DNA of 64,000 nucleotides from assembly GCA_040285855.1 (NCBI GenBank), contig JAUFOQ010000003.1, positions 1,178,001 to 1,242,000 on the forward strand. The letters are read 5' to 3'. This DNA comes from Eukaryota sp. GEM-RC1. Lineage: Eukaryota. Within the stretch, counting starts at the first letter, position 1, and every line of letters begins with the position of its first letter. The notes below the pieces were generated by a model. It saw only the letters and a program-made list of their open reading frames with translations, made no database searches and had not been told where the DNA came from. A program made the translations under genes and the position numbers. Shown one piece after another: positions 15,001-30,000 of this stretch.

Positions 15001-18000
15001 ACAAAGACTGTTCATATCGATCGTCTACTTATTGATGGTGAAAATGGAGGTAGGGATGGACTTGACCTCGCTATTGTTTACCTTGGAATTGACTATGAAG
15101 CTGGCTGGTTTCAAGATGGTAGAACTGAGTCAGTATATCCTTTGATGATGACAACTTCTAAGACTAAACACATGCAAAGTTCTCAGCTAATTAGTCCCAA
15201 TTCTACCACGATTGATGTTCAAGGGGGAACGATTCATGGATATCACGGTGCTTTACTTGAACTTTACAATGAAAGCTTGTTCATTGGAAATTTCCACTTT
15301 GCTACAACAATGAATGGACTTTCTGGTAGTAGTTTTCCTTTGATTAGAAACACTGACACCTTCACTTTTAACAACTTCAATTCTTTTAGATTCATTCATT
15401 GGGAAGTTCATTTTCTTGCGAACACAGTCAATACAGTCAGTGATGGAACTCTGTCCCTGGGAAGAGGTGGTGGTTTGATTGATACAAACATTACTCTATG
15501 TCCAGATTGTACTCTTAATTTTAATTCAAACTTGGGTCATAGCTTCTCAGGTAGAACTCATCATCTATTTACCTCCAACTCTGCCATTTCTTGTCCCACT
15601 TGTCGAGTTAACTTCCAAACTGATGGAGCTTGGGTTATTTTTTCTGGTATTTTTGATTTAGACACACATCATATCCAAAACCATGGACGTCTCCAGTTTC
15701 TAGACACTGCACGTATCCCTATTACTCATTGGACCTTGCAAAACTGTGATGTTCACTTCCTTCGTACTCAGTTATTCCATGTAAGTCCTGGTGATGTTTA
15801 TGAATTAACTGACACTGTTCTTAATCAGTGTGGTCGTTTGATCATCAAAGAATCACGTTATGCTCTTGAATTTATTGATCTTCACATCAATGGGGGTTTA
15901 CTTGAAGTTATTGATCAACAGCACACTTTAAACACAACCATTACTTTAATCGAAGGAAACGGTGCCTTTGTAATCCGAAATCTACAGTATCCTCTAATTG
16001 GTGAAGGTTTTATTATTGATAATGGTTATCTTCGATTAGACACTGGTCACACAGTCTTCTTAGAGTTCATCAACATGTCAACTCCTCATCCAAATGACGT
16101 GGTATCATTTACCTGTTTGCCTTCAATCGGTTATTCAGCGGTGACCAATCAAATTCGCTACAATATTACTGGACTGTACGGTACTGATAACGTTGAAATT
16201 AATGATTTAAATTGGCTTGGTGGTTCTATTGAAGTTGGACGGTTGGATATCTTTGAAACTCTTTACTCTGACAAGGCTGATGATAGGGGCTTCCATGGAT
16301 TTGGTCAGCTCTATATTCACACCTTAGCATATCTTGGAGGTCCAGGATCATTCTACGTATCAGGACCTGTTCATTGGTATATCTTGGCCGATTCTGTCGT
16401 AAATATCCACAGTAACTTGACCTTCATTTCTTCTGTTTCTCCTCGACAAACTTATCTTTATAATCATGGTTATCTTCAGTTCCCCATCGATGAATCCATT
16501 GTTCAACTCGACTTTGACATTGAACAACGCCATATATACACTTCTGAACGAGATGTGACTGTCATTTATAATGGAAAGTCTCTTAGTACTGGTGATTATT
16601 ATCTTAATGACAACTCTAGACTATTGCTGAAATATTATAATCACGATTTCCAGTCATCAGTTCGCACTTTTGGATCAGGAAATATGCACATGTATCAATG
16701 GTATTATACTCAAAACAATGACTGGAAGGATCTCAGGGTTTACTTTAATGGTCGCTGGGAAATCTCTTCTTTCTATGAACAAGATTATGGCAGATGGATC
16801 TTCGGTCCTCAAGCATTCTTAAACCTTACAGATGTTCGACTTACCCAACGAACCCACACTACTATTGATGAATCTAGATCAGCATCTGGTAATTGGACTT
16901 TTGATCTCTTTTCAATCGCTGTTAACTCGTGGTTTGTAATTACTGATCTGACAGATGAAATTGTCTCTAAAAAGCTGATTATGAGTAGTAATGAGTTTAT
17001 TCGTTTTAGAAACAGTCAACAAGCAGTTGAGTTCACAGATGTTGAACTATATGACGGTGAAGTTGAATTTAGTACCGGTCATAACCTTCATTTCTTTAGT
17101 CTCATTGTTGATGGAGGAACTCTTTCTGGAAGTGATACTATAACTGTGGATACTTTCATTTGGCGGTGTGGTAAAATCGAAGGCAATAGTGATGGTCATA
17201 GTGGAACAATTCATGTGCGTGATTACGGTTTCATTGAGACTTGTATGCCAAGAGCAGACCTTCCTTCAAACCCGAATCCACATCCAAAAGAGTTATTGCA
17301 CGATTCTATCATTAATTTCTTTAGTACATCCCACCTCATGATTGACACGTCCAATTGGGTTACTTTACTTCACACGTCATATATCAACATCCGTGGTACA
17401 GCTACTATGAGAGCATCAATGTTTAGGGGTACTGACCGTCGACTCAACTTTATTGGTTCCAGTGTAACAACTGATGGCTCTGCAGATCGTGTGTTCCGTG
17501 TTTGGGTTCATTGTAATGGAAATTCACTCTTGAACCATATGCGAGGATCAATCACTTTCAGCAATCAACTTGATGTATCCGGCCACTTCCACGTCCGAGA
17601 TAGCTCTGAAATCTTCTTCAACCAACCATTATTGTCCTCTAGGTATGAGTTCCATGCATCCTCGAAGGTATCTGAAACTATCAGATCAGGTCATTTTACT
17701 CCAACAGTCGCTAACTTCGAACCTCTACATAAAGATGTCAATGTTTTCATTAGGGGAGAGTTTGAACTATCAGAACTGTCATATTCTATTGGTACAGTGA
17801 CCTTCACTGGAGGTATTGATCTCAACATTGAACGTATTCGTCTCGACGGCACAGCTTTACTTCACTTTGATGCTCTTGACAATGACTTAGGTTCTGTTAG
17901 AGGATTTGAATTGGACCATAATTCTGTAATGAAATTTTCAACTGGTCAAGGTCTTGTTACTTTTGATGGTGCCGGTCTTTTAACTGGAAATGCTGAGATC

Positions 18001-21000
18001 ATTGGTTATGGAGATAATGTTTTGGTCAATTCCACTGGTGATGCAGAAGGTACATTTGTATGGTCTGGAGGTGGTTTTGCTGGTGATATCATTGTTGATA
18101 TCTTTTCCGAATTTGAAATTATTGGTAATTCTGATAAGAGAATTCGTGGTGGTGCTACTGTAATAGTCCACGATGAGAATGAAGTGGCAGTCAAGTGGTC
18201 ACATGACTGGATTTGACAACAGTGCAATTATTGTATCTGAAACTGGTAATATGCGTATAGTCTCTAATGGTGCTTTCTCTTGTCGAACTAGCACCGCCAC
18301 TTTTATTGATGATCCATGCGTTTGTGACTCTAGACTTATTATTAATGGAGTTGCGACAGTAGTATCTTTTACTCAAAGAGTAAGCTCATGTTGGGGAGTC
18401 ACTGTCAATGGCGAACTTAATGTAAACTTTGGAAGAGTTGAAGCATATTCGTATCTTTCTGGTAATGGTCGATTCAACGTTGGTCATTTGGGTAGAATAT
18501 GGTTCGTTTCTAGTTCTCAAATCTCTTACATTGGACCTAATTCTAATTTCCACGCTAATGGTCAAATCTCTCTATTATATGGTACTCTTGTCTATGTTCA
18601 AGGTATTTTCTACTCAAGTGTTGATGTTTCAATTAGAGATGGTACCCTGATCTTTGATGACGATGCTTTCCTCGAACGACAGTTTGATTTAACTGTTGAA
18701 ACTGGTGATGCAATCTTTAAAGTTGTTGAACAAATGGTCCCTCTGGGAGTCGTTACGTGTCAACATGGTGACGTCACCTTCAACACTCTTACTGTTGTTA
18801 ACATTTCTACTCTTAACATCATTGATGGAATGTTGCACGGATATGATGAAGTTCACCTTCTTGAACATTTGAATTGGCAAGGTGGAGGTTTTGGTCTTTC
18901 TACCCACTATGTTGTTCGTAACTCCGCTACTGCTTTAGCCACTGGAAATAGTTTTGCTCGTTATATGCTTTCTGGCGCAAAAATGATAAATCAAGGGCGG
19001 TTCGAGTTTAGGCAACCTTTTATTCTGCCTGCAACTGAAGTTCTATTTGTAAACGATCCTCAAGGTGTTGTAACTCTTACAAATACCTTGTCATTCTTGG
19101 ACACTGTTTTTGTGAATCTTACCAATACTTGGATCAATTATGGAGATGTCCAAAGTAATATTAACTTGGTCACAATGAGGTTTAAGCTTTTGAACAATGG
19201 TTCAATATCGTTTAATACTGGAAAGTTCTTTGCTGAAGGTGGAGCAATTTCTTATGGACAAGCATTCTTCACCCCAGGAACTACACTTGAAGTAAAAGAG
19301 CACCCTGTTATTTTTGAACATTATCCTTCTTCATCTATCAATGGTCAATCCTTTACTTTCAATATCATTGACGACCTTGGTTTAATTTATGTCAGAAATT
19401 ATTTCACTTCTAATCATTTTACAATCAGGTCACGAGGAAATCTTGTGTTTGAAGATGGAGCTGTTGTTAATGAAACTTCTGTATTTGAGGTTCATTCAAC
19501 TGACGTTACCTTCAAAGCTTCTTCTAACTTCACTGCGAAAGGTGAAATTCAGGTTAATGGAGGTTCAACTACTATTATTGGAGGTATTCACAATGGCTAC
19601 TATCACGGAATTATCCACAACTCTCATCTCATTTATGATAATGATACAGTTCTCACTGGACTATTAGACTTTACGATTCACACCGGAGATGTTGAGTTCC
19701 AAGCAGTGTCTAAAATGCTTGAATTGGATGATGTTACCTGTATTAATGGAGATTTAACTCTCAACACTTTGTTTACAGTCAACCTTGCAAAACTTACTCT
19801 AATAGCCGGTATGGTACACGGACATGACGAAGTTCATCTCCTCATTGATTTGTTTTGGTATGGTGGTGGTTTTGGTCTTTCTACTCATTACATTGTTTTA
19901 GACATTGCTATACTTGAAGATGACTTTGATGCAAAACGAGTCATGATGCCTGGTTCTCTATTAGTCAATCGTGGTCGCGTGATCTTCCGTGGTCCTGTCA
20001 GTGTTTACGCTGATCAGGGAACCATTCTAAATGATCCTGGTCGTCGTATGGAGTTTTCAAATATTGTCTTTTTATATGATACTTCCGCTATTGGCCATTC
20101 TTTCTTCCAAAACAATGGAACAATGCTTGCTTTTGTTATTGAATTGTATAATGAGTTTTACTTTGTTAATTATGACTTTGCTCATGTCATTTCTGGTGAG
20201 TTCTTCCTCGGTGGAGGTGGTTACAGTTTAGGAGTTGTAAGATGTAATCCTGCAACAACAATTGGTGTAACCAGCCAACTCTTTGTCTTTAGATCTGGTC
20301 CTGACTCCCGAATTGAAGGTAATAGATTTATGTTTGGAATCAGAAATGATACTGGTGTTATTGAAGTTCAAACATCATTCTCCTTAAATAATGTCCGAAT
20401 TCAAGATCATGGTCGATTTTATGTCACTTCTGGAGCTTATGTTACTGAAGCAGTTACTTTGACCGTTAGAGGAACTCATGTCATTTTCCTTGGTTTCGAA
20501 AACCCCGAAGTTTCTTATGAACATTTACGAATTGGAAACCAATGGTATAGTTTCATTCTATACTGGTCACATTGTTATTTTAAAATCTCTTCTAATCATG
20601 GGTGGATTCAGAGGAGGAACTGATGTAGTCAATATTTTAGAACAATTTACATGGCGTCTTGGAGGTGGATTTATGCACGCTGGTCTAACCATTGCAGAAA
20701 AGGGTTGTATTATCCAAGATTTCTTCGAAAAAGAAGTTCGTGATTTTGCTACTGTAGAATTCCAAGGTCCTGTTGATTGGCGTCAGCATTGTGATATCAG
20801 AGGTGGACGTAACAGTTCTCTTGTATTCAATGATATTTTAATAGTTAAGGATGGTGGTAAGTTTGAAAACTACATTGGTAGATTTAGAAATGACGATATC
20901 CTTCTCATGTCTTCAGCTCATCAAACTCCTGATGATTTACCTGTTGTCTGTGTTAATCACGGTATGGAGCTCTATGCATCTGGTTGGTCTTTTGAATTTG

Positions 21001-24000
21001 ATTGGGAACTCCAAAACAGAGGAAACATTACTGTCCCCCAATACTTTGTCATGAAATTGTTCTCTGGTGGATATGATTCTGCCTCTTCAAGAGTCTTCTT
21101 TGAACCTGACTCCTACCTTGAAGTAGGTGCTCCTTATCCATATCACTATGATGGAGATACATGGGTTTACTACAACCGCTCCACTCTGGAAATGAAGTAT
21201 AGAGAAGCTCATATTTCTTATGATGGTTATGTTTGTTTCGATCAAGCAAAAATTGGTCCATTTGGTACTCTCATTATGTCAGAACATGCTACTATATGTG
21301 CACATTCATCCCTCAGTGTTGATGGAACTATTGTAATTGTGGAAGGTGATGCAATCTTTTGTGATTTAACTCTAAACACTGACTATTTCGGTCGACCTGG
21401 AACTCGTCTTACAATTACGTGCTCTCTTATCTGGCTCTCTGGTACCTTCAGTGGTGGAAGTATTGTTCACATTACTACTCCTGCAAAGATGTTTGTTGAA
21501 GCAAGAACCTCGGATGCATACCATGAAGTTCACGAATTTACTTCCATATTAAATGATGGATATTCCGAAGTTACCACAAATCTAACTGGTTTCCAAAGTG
21601 CTAATTTTACTAATTTCGGACAATTAGATATGGTTGAAGGACATTGGGTGAAACAGTTTAATAGTACTGAGTCTGTAGCTGTTCTGTATAACAGTGGTGA
21701 AGTTAATGTTTTAAAGGAAGACATTCTTTTGAATGGAACATCACTCAATTTGCTGGTGTTTTCAATCTACATTCCCAACAATTCCTACATACAGAAACTG
21801 CCTGGTTCCGTGGTGGTATCTACCATCAACATCAGAACACTCAGTTTTTGGTCACTAAGGATCTCATTTTTGATGATTGTGATGCCATCTTTGACTCGTC
21901 ACATTTGACTCCTTTAGAAAATTCTTCTATCGTGTTTATGAGTGCATCCAACATTTCCTGGAATAATGTTCCTTTCACTTTTGATTGTGACACTTGTGAT
22001 TTAACATTTGCTAGTAACACTGTTATCTCTCGTTCTCCCAACACGTTTACTTTTAGATCAGGATTACTCACCTTCTTAGATGTTTCAACCGAATTCATCA
22101 TTGACAAATTTATCCAAACTGGAGGAACTCTTGTCAGTAATCCAGCCTCAGATATCGCTCTACTTGATGATTATGAATTACATAATGGTCTAGTTATTAC
22201 CAATTCTGATTGGACAGCAAAAGAAGTTGAATGGCGAGCTGGTACCTTTACTGGCCCTCAGACTTTTACTTCAAATGAGATTGAAATTCGTACCAATGGA
22301 GTAAAAGTTTGTGATGCTGATTTAGTGTTTGATGATGCACTGTTCTCCAGAGGAACCATTTCAGGTACTGCTGCTTGTACCATCACTACAACGACTTTCC
22401 TGTCCAAGTCTAGTCCGGCAACCGTTTCTTTGACTGGCTGTAGCTCAACTTTCATCATTGAAGGTGTTCTCACTGTCGAAACTGGAACTCTTTCCTTTAG
22501 AATGGGTTATTTAGTTAATGGGCTAGTTGACGTGATTTCGAAGATGGTATTCGAATCTTGTGAAACAGTAGTTAGTTCTAGAATCAACATTAAGAGCAAC
22601 GCTCAAGTAGAAGTCAATGGATTTGTCTTTTCAACGAACTTTCTCAACTTACTGGTGAACAGGGAGGTACTTTGACCATCAATCATGATGCTGTTGTCTC
22701 TGGTACTGTCAATTTTGAAGGTTGTGTTCATGTTTCTGCTGGAGTTGAGTTATCCTTTGTTTCTGCTCAAATTGACTTAATCAACATCTGCACCAATCGT
22801 GGTGATGTTACATTTATTGACTCTTTTGTTGATTCCATCAATGTTTTGAAGTTGTTAAATGGACATATTAGTTTCAACAACAACTCTTTGGTTTCTTCAT
22901 TTGTCTTAGAGGAACATGAAGGTGGTACGCTAACTTTCAATACCGTTACTGTGGACTCATTTGATGTTCTATCAATTTCTGGCGGTTTGATTGATTTTGC
23001 TCCCACCTCTTCTGTAATCGTAAACTCAATAGTGCAATCCAATGGTTTAATTAATGTCAACAGTCTTAACACTGTGTTCAATAGAAGCAATTTCACTTCT
23101 ACTGGTGGAGTGCTTCAAACCTTTGATGGATTTAATGTATCTCGATCTGTGTTTGTTCTTGATGGTGGTGAGGTGATTATTGATCAATTTGATCCTCATC
23201 ATGTGAATATTGAGAGCTTGATTATTAATAGTGGTTCTTTCATTACCATTGTTGATCAAATGTTCAATTCATCTCACGTTCTCATGACTGACGGTTATTT
23301 CGGTGGTGTTTCAATGTTTATTGATATCCTTGATGTTACTGGTGGAATTCTCTACAAGCAATCCACTTCAGTTGTAAACTCTCTAACCTTTTTGAAGATG
23401 GACCAAAGAACTTCGATGAAGGAGCCCTTGTTGCTTCATTAATTCATACAACTTGGTTCGATGGATCCGTTGTTGGTACCAACTACTCCAGATTAGTCAT
23501 TCCCGTTGACACTAACCTTAATTTATTCGGTACAGAAGGCTGGTTTGTTCCTGAAGAAGTCGAAATTAACTCTGCTATTCATTCTGAGGGTCACGTTATC
23601 TTTTCTACTCCTGAAACTATTACTATGCAGTGGGATATCTATGGACCTCACATCTCCGTCCTCACTGGAACTGTCATCTTTAAAGACAACTTGGTTCTTG
23701 TTGATGATGTTTATCTTGCACCAAATACTACTGTCTACCTTAAAGGAGAATTTAATGTGTCAGATTCAATTGCTGGAGGTGGAGATATTTATATTGATGA
23801 TCCAGATTCTCTTGTGGCTTTTAATGGCTTGGTTAATCTCACTGGTGTACTCTATATGCGAGATGGATTGTTAGATTTACGACTCTCTGATCTCGAGGAT
23901 GTTACAATTGTTTATACTGGTGGAATTATTCTCTTTAGAGAAGATATCAGAGGTTCAATCATTCGTCTTCCAGAAGTTCGAATAGACCTTGACATTTCTG

Positions 24001-27000
24001 ATTCTGATTTAGAACTTGTCCATATTGGTATCTGTGATGCTCCAATTACTGTGAAGGAAGCAACTATAGCACGATTCATTGTAAATGAAATGACTGAGAA
24101 TTGTGTGTTATCTTTCCTTAATTACGCAATTGTAGCTGAATTAGAAATTGATCAAATGAATGGCGGTGAATTGAATTTCGGAACAGATTCCGATGTTAAG
24201 TTAGTTTCAATCACTGTGAATGATGGTGTGATTACAGCTGAGCCTGATTCATCTCCTTCCTTTTCCGGAGGTGATTTACTTGTCAATGGAGGAGCCATTG
24301 TGTTTAAGGAAAATGCATCAGTAAGTTTTGTAAATGTTAAAACTGTAATGACTAGTGGTAGCTTCAATATCTCAACTCAAGGCACAGATGGTTGCCCTCA
24401 CTGGGAAGAACTGTCTCTTTCCAATGATGCTCAAGTATTCATTGATGAACCGCATTGTGTTTCCAGTGCAGATATTGTTGAAATGCAAGATGAATCTCAA
24501 CTAACTTCGACTGGTGATTTGTATATTGATGATTTTTCATTGATTGGTGGTTCTATAGGTGATGGTTCTCCTATTCATGTTATTGATAATTTCTCTGCCA
24601 CCACTGATCAACCAAAGAACTTTGGACCTGGATCTGTAGTCTTCATCAACTCTACTGGTGATTTTACACTTTCACAAGGCTATGAGGATCAAGTTACCAC
24701 TTTTGGTGACGGAGCTGTCGTATATGTTGCCCCTGAAGGAAGTTTATTGATTTCCTCTAACGATACTGCTTTCCATTATGCCACTGATTGTGATTCTTGC
24801 AAGATTCCCACTGGATTCGTCAGTGAAGGAAGTGTCATCATTTCCACACCAATCAAATCCGTCTTTGATAATGACATTGTTTCTACAGGACATCTAGCAT
24901 TTGAAAACAACACTATTTCTGATCTTAACGGAAGAGTTTCAATTGACGGTTCAACCTTCATTAGAGACCAAGCAGTTGTTACTGTTACTGGCTCAATCCA
25001 TCAATTACCAAATGATGTGTTAACTATTACACCTGGAACTGAAGAAGGACGTCTCATTTTGGACTCTAAGAATTCAACATTCAGTGGGGAGATTCTATGT
25101 GAACGTGATCTCGTTTGCATCACTATTACTTCTGGTAACACAATATTTACTGATTCAATGACTGCTCCTGAATACATTAACTTTGAAGTTATTGATGGTG
25201 ATCTTTTCCATCAAGGTGTTATTGAAGAAATGGTTTGTGATTTATCCGCTGGATCTTTCTATGTCGAATCAGGATCTACAGTCAATGTATTGAACTACTG
25301 TAAGTTAGACAATGATGCTCTTTTACAACACCAAGGTGGCTCATTCACCAATCGTATTGATCTCATTGATATTTATGATGGAACCCATCAATTGTTATCA
25401 GGATCTACTGTTACTTCACATGGCACAGTCTTTAATCTTTATGATGATGATTCTCTGTTTGAATCGCAAACAGGATCAAATCTTGACTTTGTTGATGCTT
25501 ATTTCACGATTAATAAGGGTAAGGTTTTTTTACAGAAAGGTTCAACCTCCACAGATCCTCATTTCTCTGACGTAAAGGTTTATGAAGGTGAAATTTCTAT
25601 TGATATTTTGACTACTGCTTACATTGATAATTTACTTCTGAAGGACCTTACCGCGGTCCGTAGTGGATCCTCTTTCATTAACGTTACCAATGAATTTGTC
25701 TTTACTGAAGGATCTCTCATTGGAAATGGAACTACTTACTCCCATAATTATCTTCTAGTCAACGAGGATTCTGTCACACAAACTATTTCAGATGACCATA
25801 CTTTGCTTATCAATCACAAGGCAGAATTTACTAACTGTAACATTATTGGTTCAAACGGAGGTCTTGTCACAGTACTTCCCCAATCACATCTCGACATTTC
25901 TGGTAAGTGTAGTGTTATGAACTCGGGTGATTCTAATCAAGACTCTTTGTTATTCAACGAAGGATTAATCACCACAAATCATGATGATGTTCATTTCGAC
26001 TGGGATCTAATCAACAACAAGACTTTGATTGTTGAAACTGGACGTCTTTTGTTTACTGGAACTGGAGTCAATAATGATTTGCTTACTGTTCTTGGAGTTC
26101 TAGATTTACAATCAATGTTGAGTTCCACGGATCATTCAAGGATCAATGGCTCAGCAGATGCTCAAATTCTGATGACTGTTCCCAGTTCTCTTCTAAATGT
26201 CACTGGATTCTACGAAGTATACGGAGAAATCACTATCAATGATGACGATGCACTTGCCTATTTCAATTCAGATTGTAAAGTCGCATACATTAATGCCAAC
26301 GTGATCAAAGGAACTCATCACATTTCATCCAATTGTGTTGTAGATGAATTAACTGCAAAGGTCTCTGGTCATTTGATTGCTGACTCTCATGCTACAATCC
26401 ATTTGATTTCATCTCTTACAACTACTTCAGATGGTAAAGTAAATGTCAATGATCACGCCATCATCAATCAAATTGCTGACGTTACCATGAGTGATTCTTC
26501 TTCAATTCATATCAAGGATGATGCTGCCATTGATTCATCTCTATTAGACTTGACCATGACTGACACTTCCAGCTTCCTTGTCGCTGATAATGTCGTTTTT
26601 ACTGTAGTAAATGGTTCTGCTGATTTAACAGATACATCAGTATTTGAAATAGTTAATTCTGTCGATGCTAATGTTGATCTTATTGATCTTTATCTTAGAC
26701 AAAACTCATTATTCAATGTTTCTTGTGATATTCCCATTCAAGTCAGAAACTTTTACCACCTTGGAGGTCATCGATCTGGTGTCTCAGATGTCTATGTCAA
26801 TTCTTTGTACCGTTGGTCGGGAGGTAAATTGTCTTCTCATTTATCAACTTCAACTACCATTGTCACATCATCTGCTTCTGCTGAGTTAGATGCAACTGGA
26901 TCAATGAATCCAAGAAATATTGAGAATCATCTTTTACTTTTGTTTGGAGATGCCACGTGGACTGCAAGTGACACTACTCTTGTTAATGGTGTTATTAATG

Positions 27001-30000
27001 TAACTGATCACTCTACCTTTTTGATTGATAATCCTTCTCAAGTAGCACTTATTGGTGATGATGATTCCCACTTATACGTACATGGTCACTTGATTAAAGA
27101 TAATTCTGGTGATTTCGTCCATAATTGTCCCACTTTTGTAGATGGTGCTTATCTTATCAAACAAGGAAATGTTTATACTCAGAAACCTGTAATTGTTTCC
27201 AGATGGTCTTGCTTCGGTCTATAATGGTCATTTGTACATTGAAGATTTTGTCTTTATTGATGATACCAGTATTCTAAATGGAACTAGTGATGCACTTATC
27301 ACCTTGAAAGAATCCTCATCTCTTCTAAATGTCACTGGATTCTACGAAGTATACGGAGAAATAACTATCAATGATGACGATGCACTTGCCTATTTCAATT
27401 CTGATTGTAGAGTCGCGTACATCAACGCCAACGTGATCAAAGGAGCTCTTCACATTTCGTCCAATTGTGTTGTAGATGAAATAACTGCAAAGGTCTCTGG
27501 TCATTTGATTGCTGACTCTCATGCTACAATCCATTTGATTTCATCTCTTACAACTACTTCAGATGGTAAAGTAAATATTGATGATCACGCCATCATCAAT
27601 CAAATTGCTGACGTTATCATGAGTGATTCTTCTTCAATTCATATCAAGGATGATGCTTCCATTGATTCATCTCTATTAGACTTGACTATGACTGACACTT
27701 CCAGCTTCCTTGTCGCTGATAATGTCGTTTTTACTGTGGTAAATGGTTCTGCTGATTTAACAGATACATCAGTATTTGAAATAGTTAAATCTGTCGATGC
27801 TAATGTTGATGTTATTGATCTCCATCTTAAACAAAACTCATTGTTCAATGTTTCTTGTGATATTCCCATTCAAGTCAGAAACTTCTACCATCATGGAGGT
27901 CATCGATCTGGTGATTCAGATGTATATGTCAATTCTCTGTACCATTGGTCTGGAGGTAAATTGTCTTCTCATTTATCAACTTCAACTACCATTGTAACTT
28001 CATCTGCTACTTCTTTGTTAGATGCAACTGGATCAATGAATCCAAGAATTATTGATGATCATCTTTTACTCTTGTTTGGAGATGCCACCTGGACTACTAG
28101 TGACACTACTCTTGTTAACGGTGTTATTAATGTAACTGATCACTCTACCTTTTTGATTGATAATCCTTCTCAAGTAGCACTTATTGGTGATGATGATTCC
28201 CACTTATACGTACATGGTCACTTGATTAAAGATAATTCTGGTGATTTCGTCCATAATTGTCCCACTTTTGTAGATGGTGCTTATCTTATCAAACAAGGAA
28301 ATGTTTATACTCAGAAACCTGTAATTGTTTCAGATGGTCTTGCTTCGGTCTATAATGGTCATTTGTACATTGAAGATTTTGTCTTTATTGATGATACCAG
28401 TATTTTAAATGGAACTAGTGATGCACTTATCACCTTGAAAGAATCCTCATCTCTTCTAAATGTCACTGGATTCTACGAAGTATACGGAGAAATCACTATC
28501 AATGATGACGATGCACTTGCCTATTTCAATTCAGATTGTAAAGTCGCATACATTAATGCCAACGTGATCAAAGGAACTCATCACATTTCATCCAATTGTT
28601 TTGTAGATGAAATAACTGCAAAGGTCTCTGGTCATTTGATTGCTGACTCTCATGCTACAATCCATTTGATTTCATCTATTACAACTACTTCAGATGGTAA
28701 AGTAAATATTGATGATCACGCCATCATCAATCAAATTGCTGACGTTACCATGAGTGATTCTTCTTCAATTCATATCAAAGATGATGCTTCCATTGATTCA
28801 TCTCTATTAGGCTTGACTATGACTGACACTTCCAGCTTCCTTGTCGCTGATAATGTCGTTTTTACTGTGGTAAATGGTTCTGCTGATTTAACAGATACAT
28901 CAGTATTTGAAATAGTTAAATCTGTCGATGCTAATGTTGATCTTATTGATCTTTATCTTAGACGAAACTCATTATTCAATGTTTCTTGTGATATTCCCAT
29001 TCAAGTCAGAAACTTTTACCACCTTGGAGGTCATCGATCTGGTGACTCAGATGTCTATGTCAATTCTTTGTACCATTGGTCTGGAGGTAAATTGTCTTCT
29101 CATTTATCAACTTCAACTACCATTGTAACTTCATCTGCTACTTCTTTGTTAGATGCAACTGGATCAATGAATTCAAGAATTATTGATGATCATCTTTTAC
29201 TCATGTTTGGAGACGGTACCTGGACTCACAGCAACACCCGTCTTGTTAATGGTGTTATTAATGTAACTGATCACTCTACCTTCTTGATTGATAATCCTTC
29301 TCAAGTACGACTTATTGGTGATGATGATTCCCACTTATACGTACATGGTCATTTGATTAAAGATAATTCTGGTGATTTCATCCATAATTGTCCCACTTTT
29401 GTAGATGGTGCTTACCTTATCAAACAAGCAAATGTTTATACTCAGAAACCTGTAATTGTTTCTGATGGTCTTGCTTCGGTTTATAATGGCCATTTGTACA
29501 TTGAAGACTTTGTCTTTATTGATGATACTAGTATTCTAAATGGAACTAGTGATGCACTTATCACCTTGAAAGAATCCTCATCTCTTCTAAATGTCACTGG
29601 ATTCTATGAAGTATACGGAGAAATAACTATCAATCATGACGACACCCTTGCCTATTTCAATTCTGATTGTAGAGTCGCGTACATCAACGCCAACGTGATC
29701 ACAGGAACTCTTCACATTTCATCCAATTGTGTTGTAGATGAATTAACTGCAAAGGTCTCTGGTCATTTGATTGCTGACTCTCATGCTACAATCCATTTGA
29801 TTTCATCTCTTACAACTACTTCAGATGGTAAAGTAAATGTCAATGATCACGCCATCATCAATCAAATTGCTGACGTTACCATGAGTGATTCTTCTTCAAT
29901 TCATATCAAGGATGATGCTTCCATTGATTCATCTCTATTAGACTTGACTATGACTGACACTTCCAGCTTCCTTGTTGATGATAATGTCGTTTTTACTGTG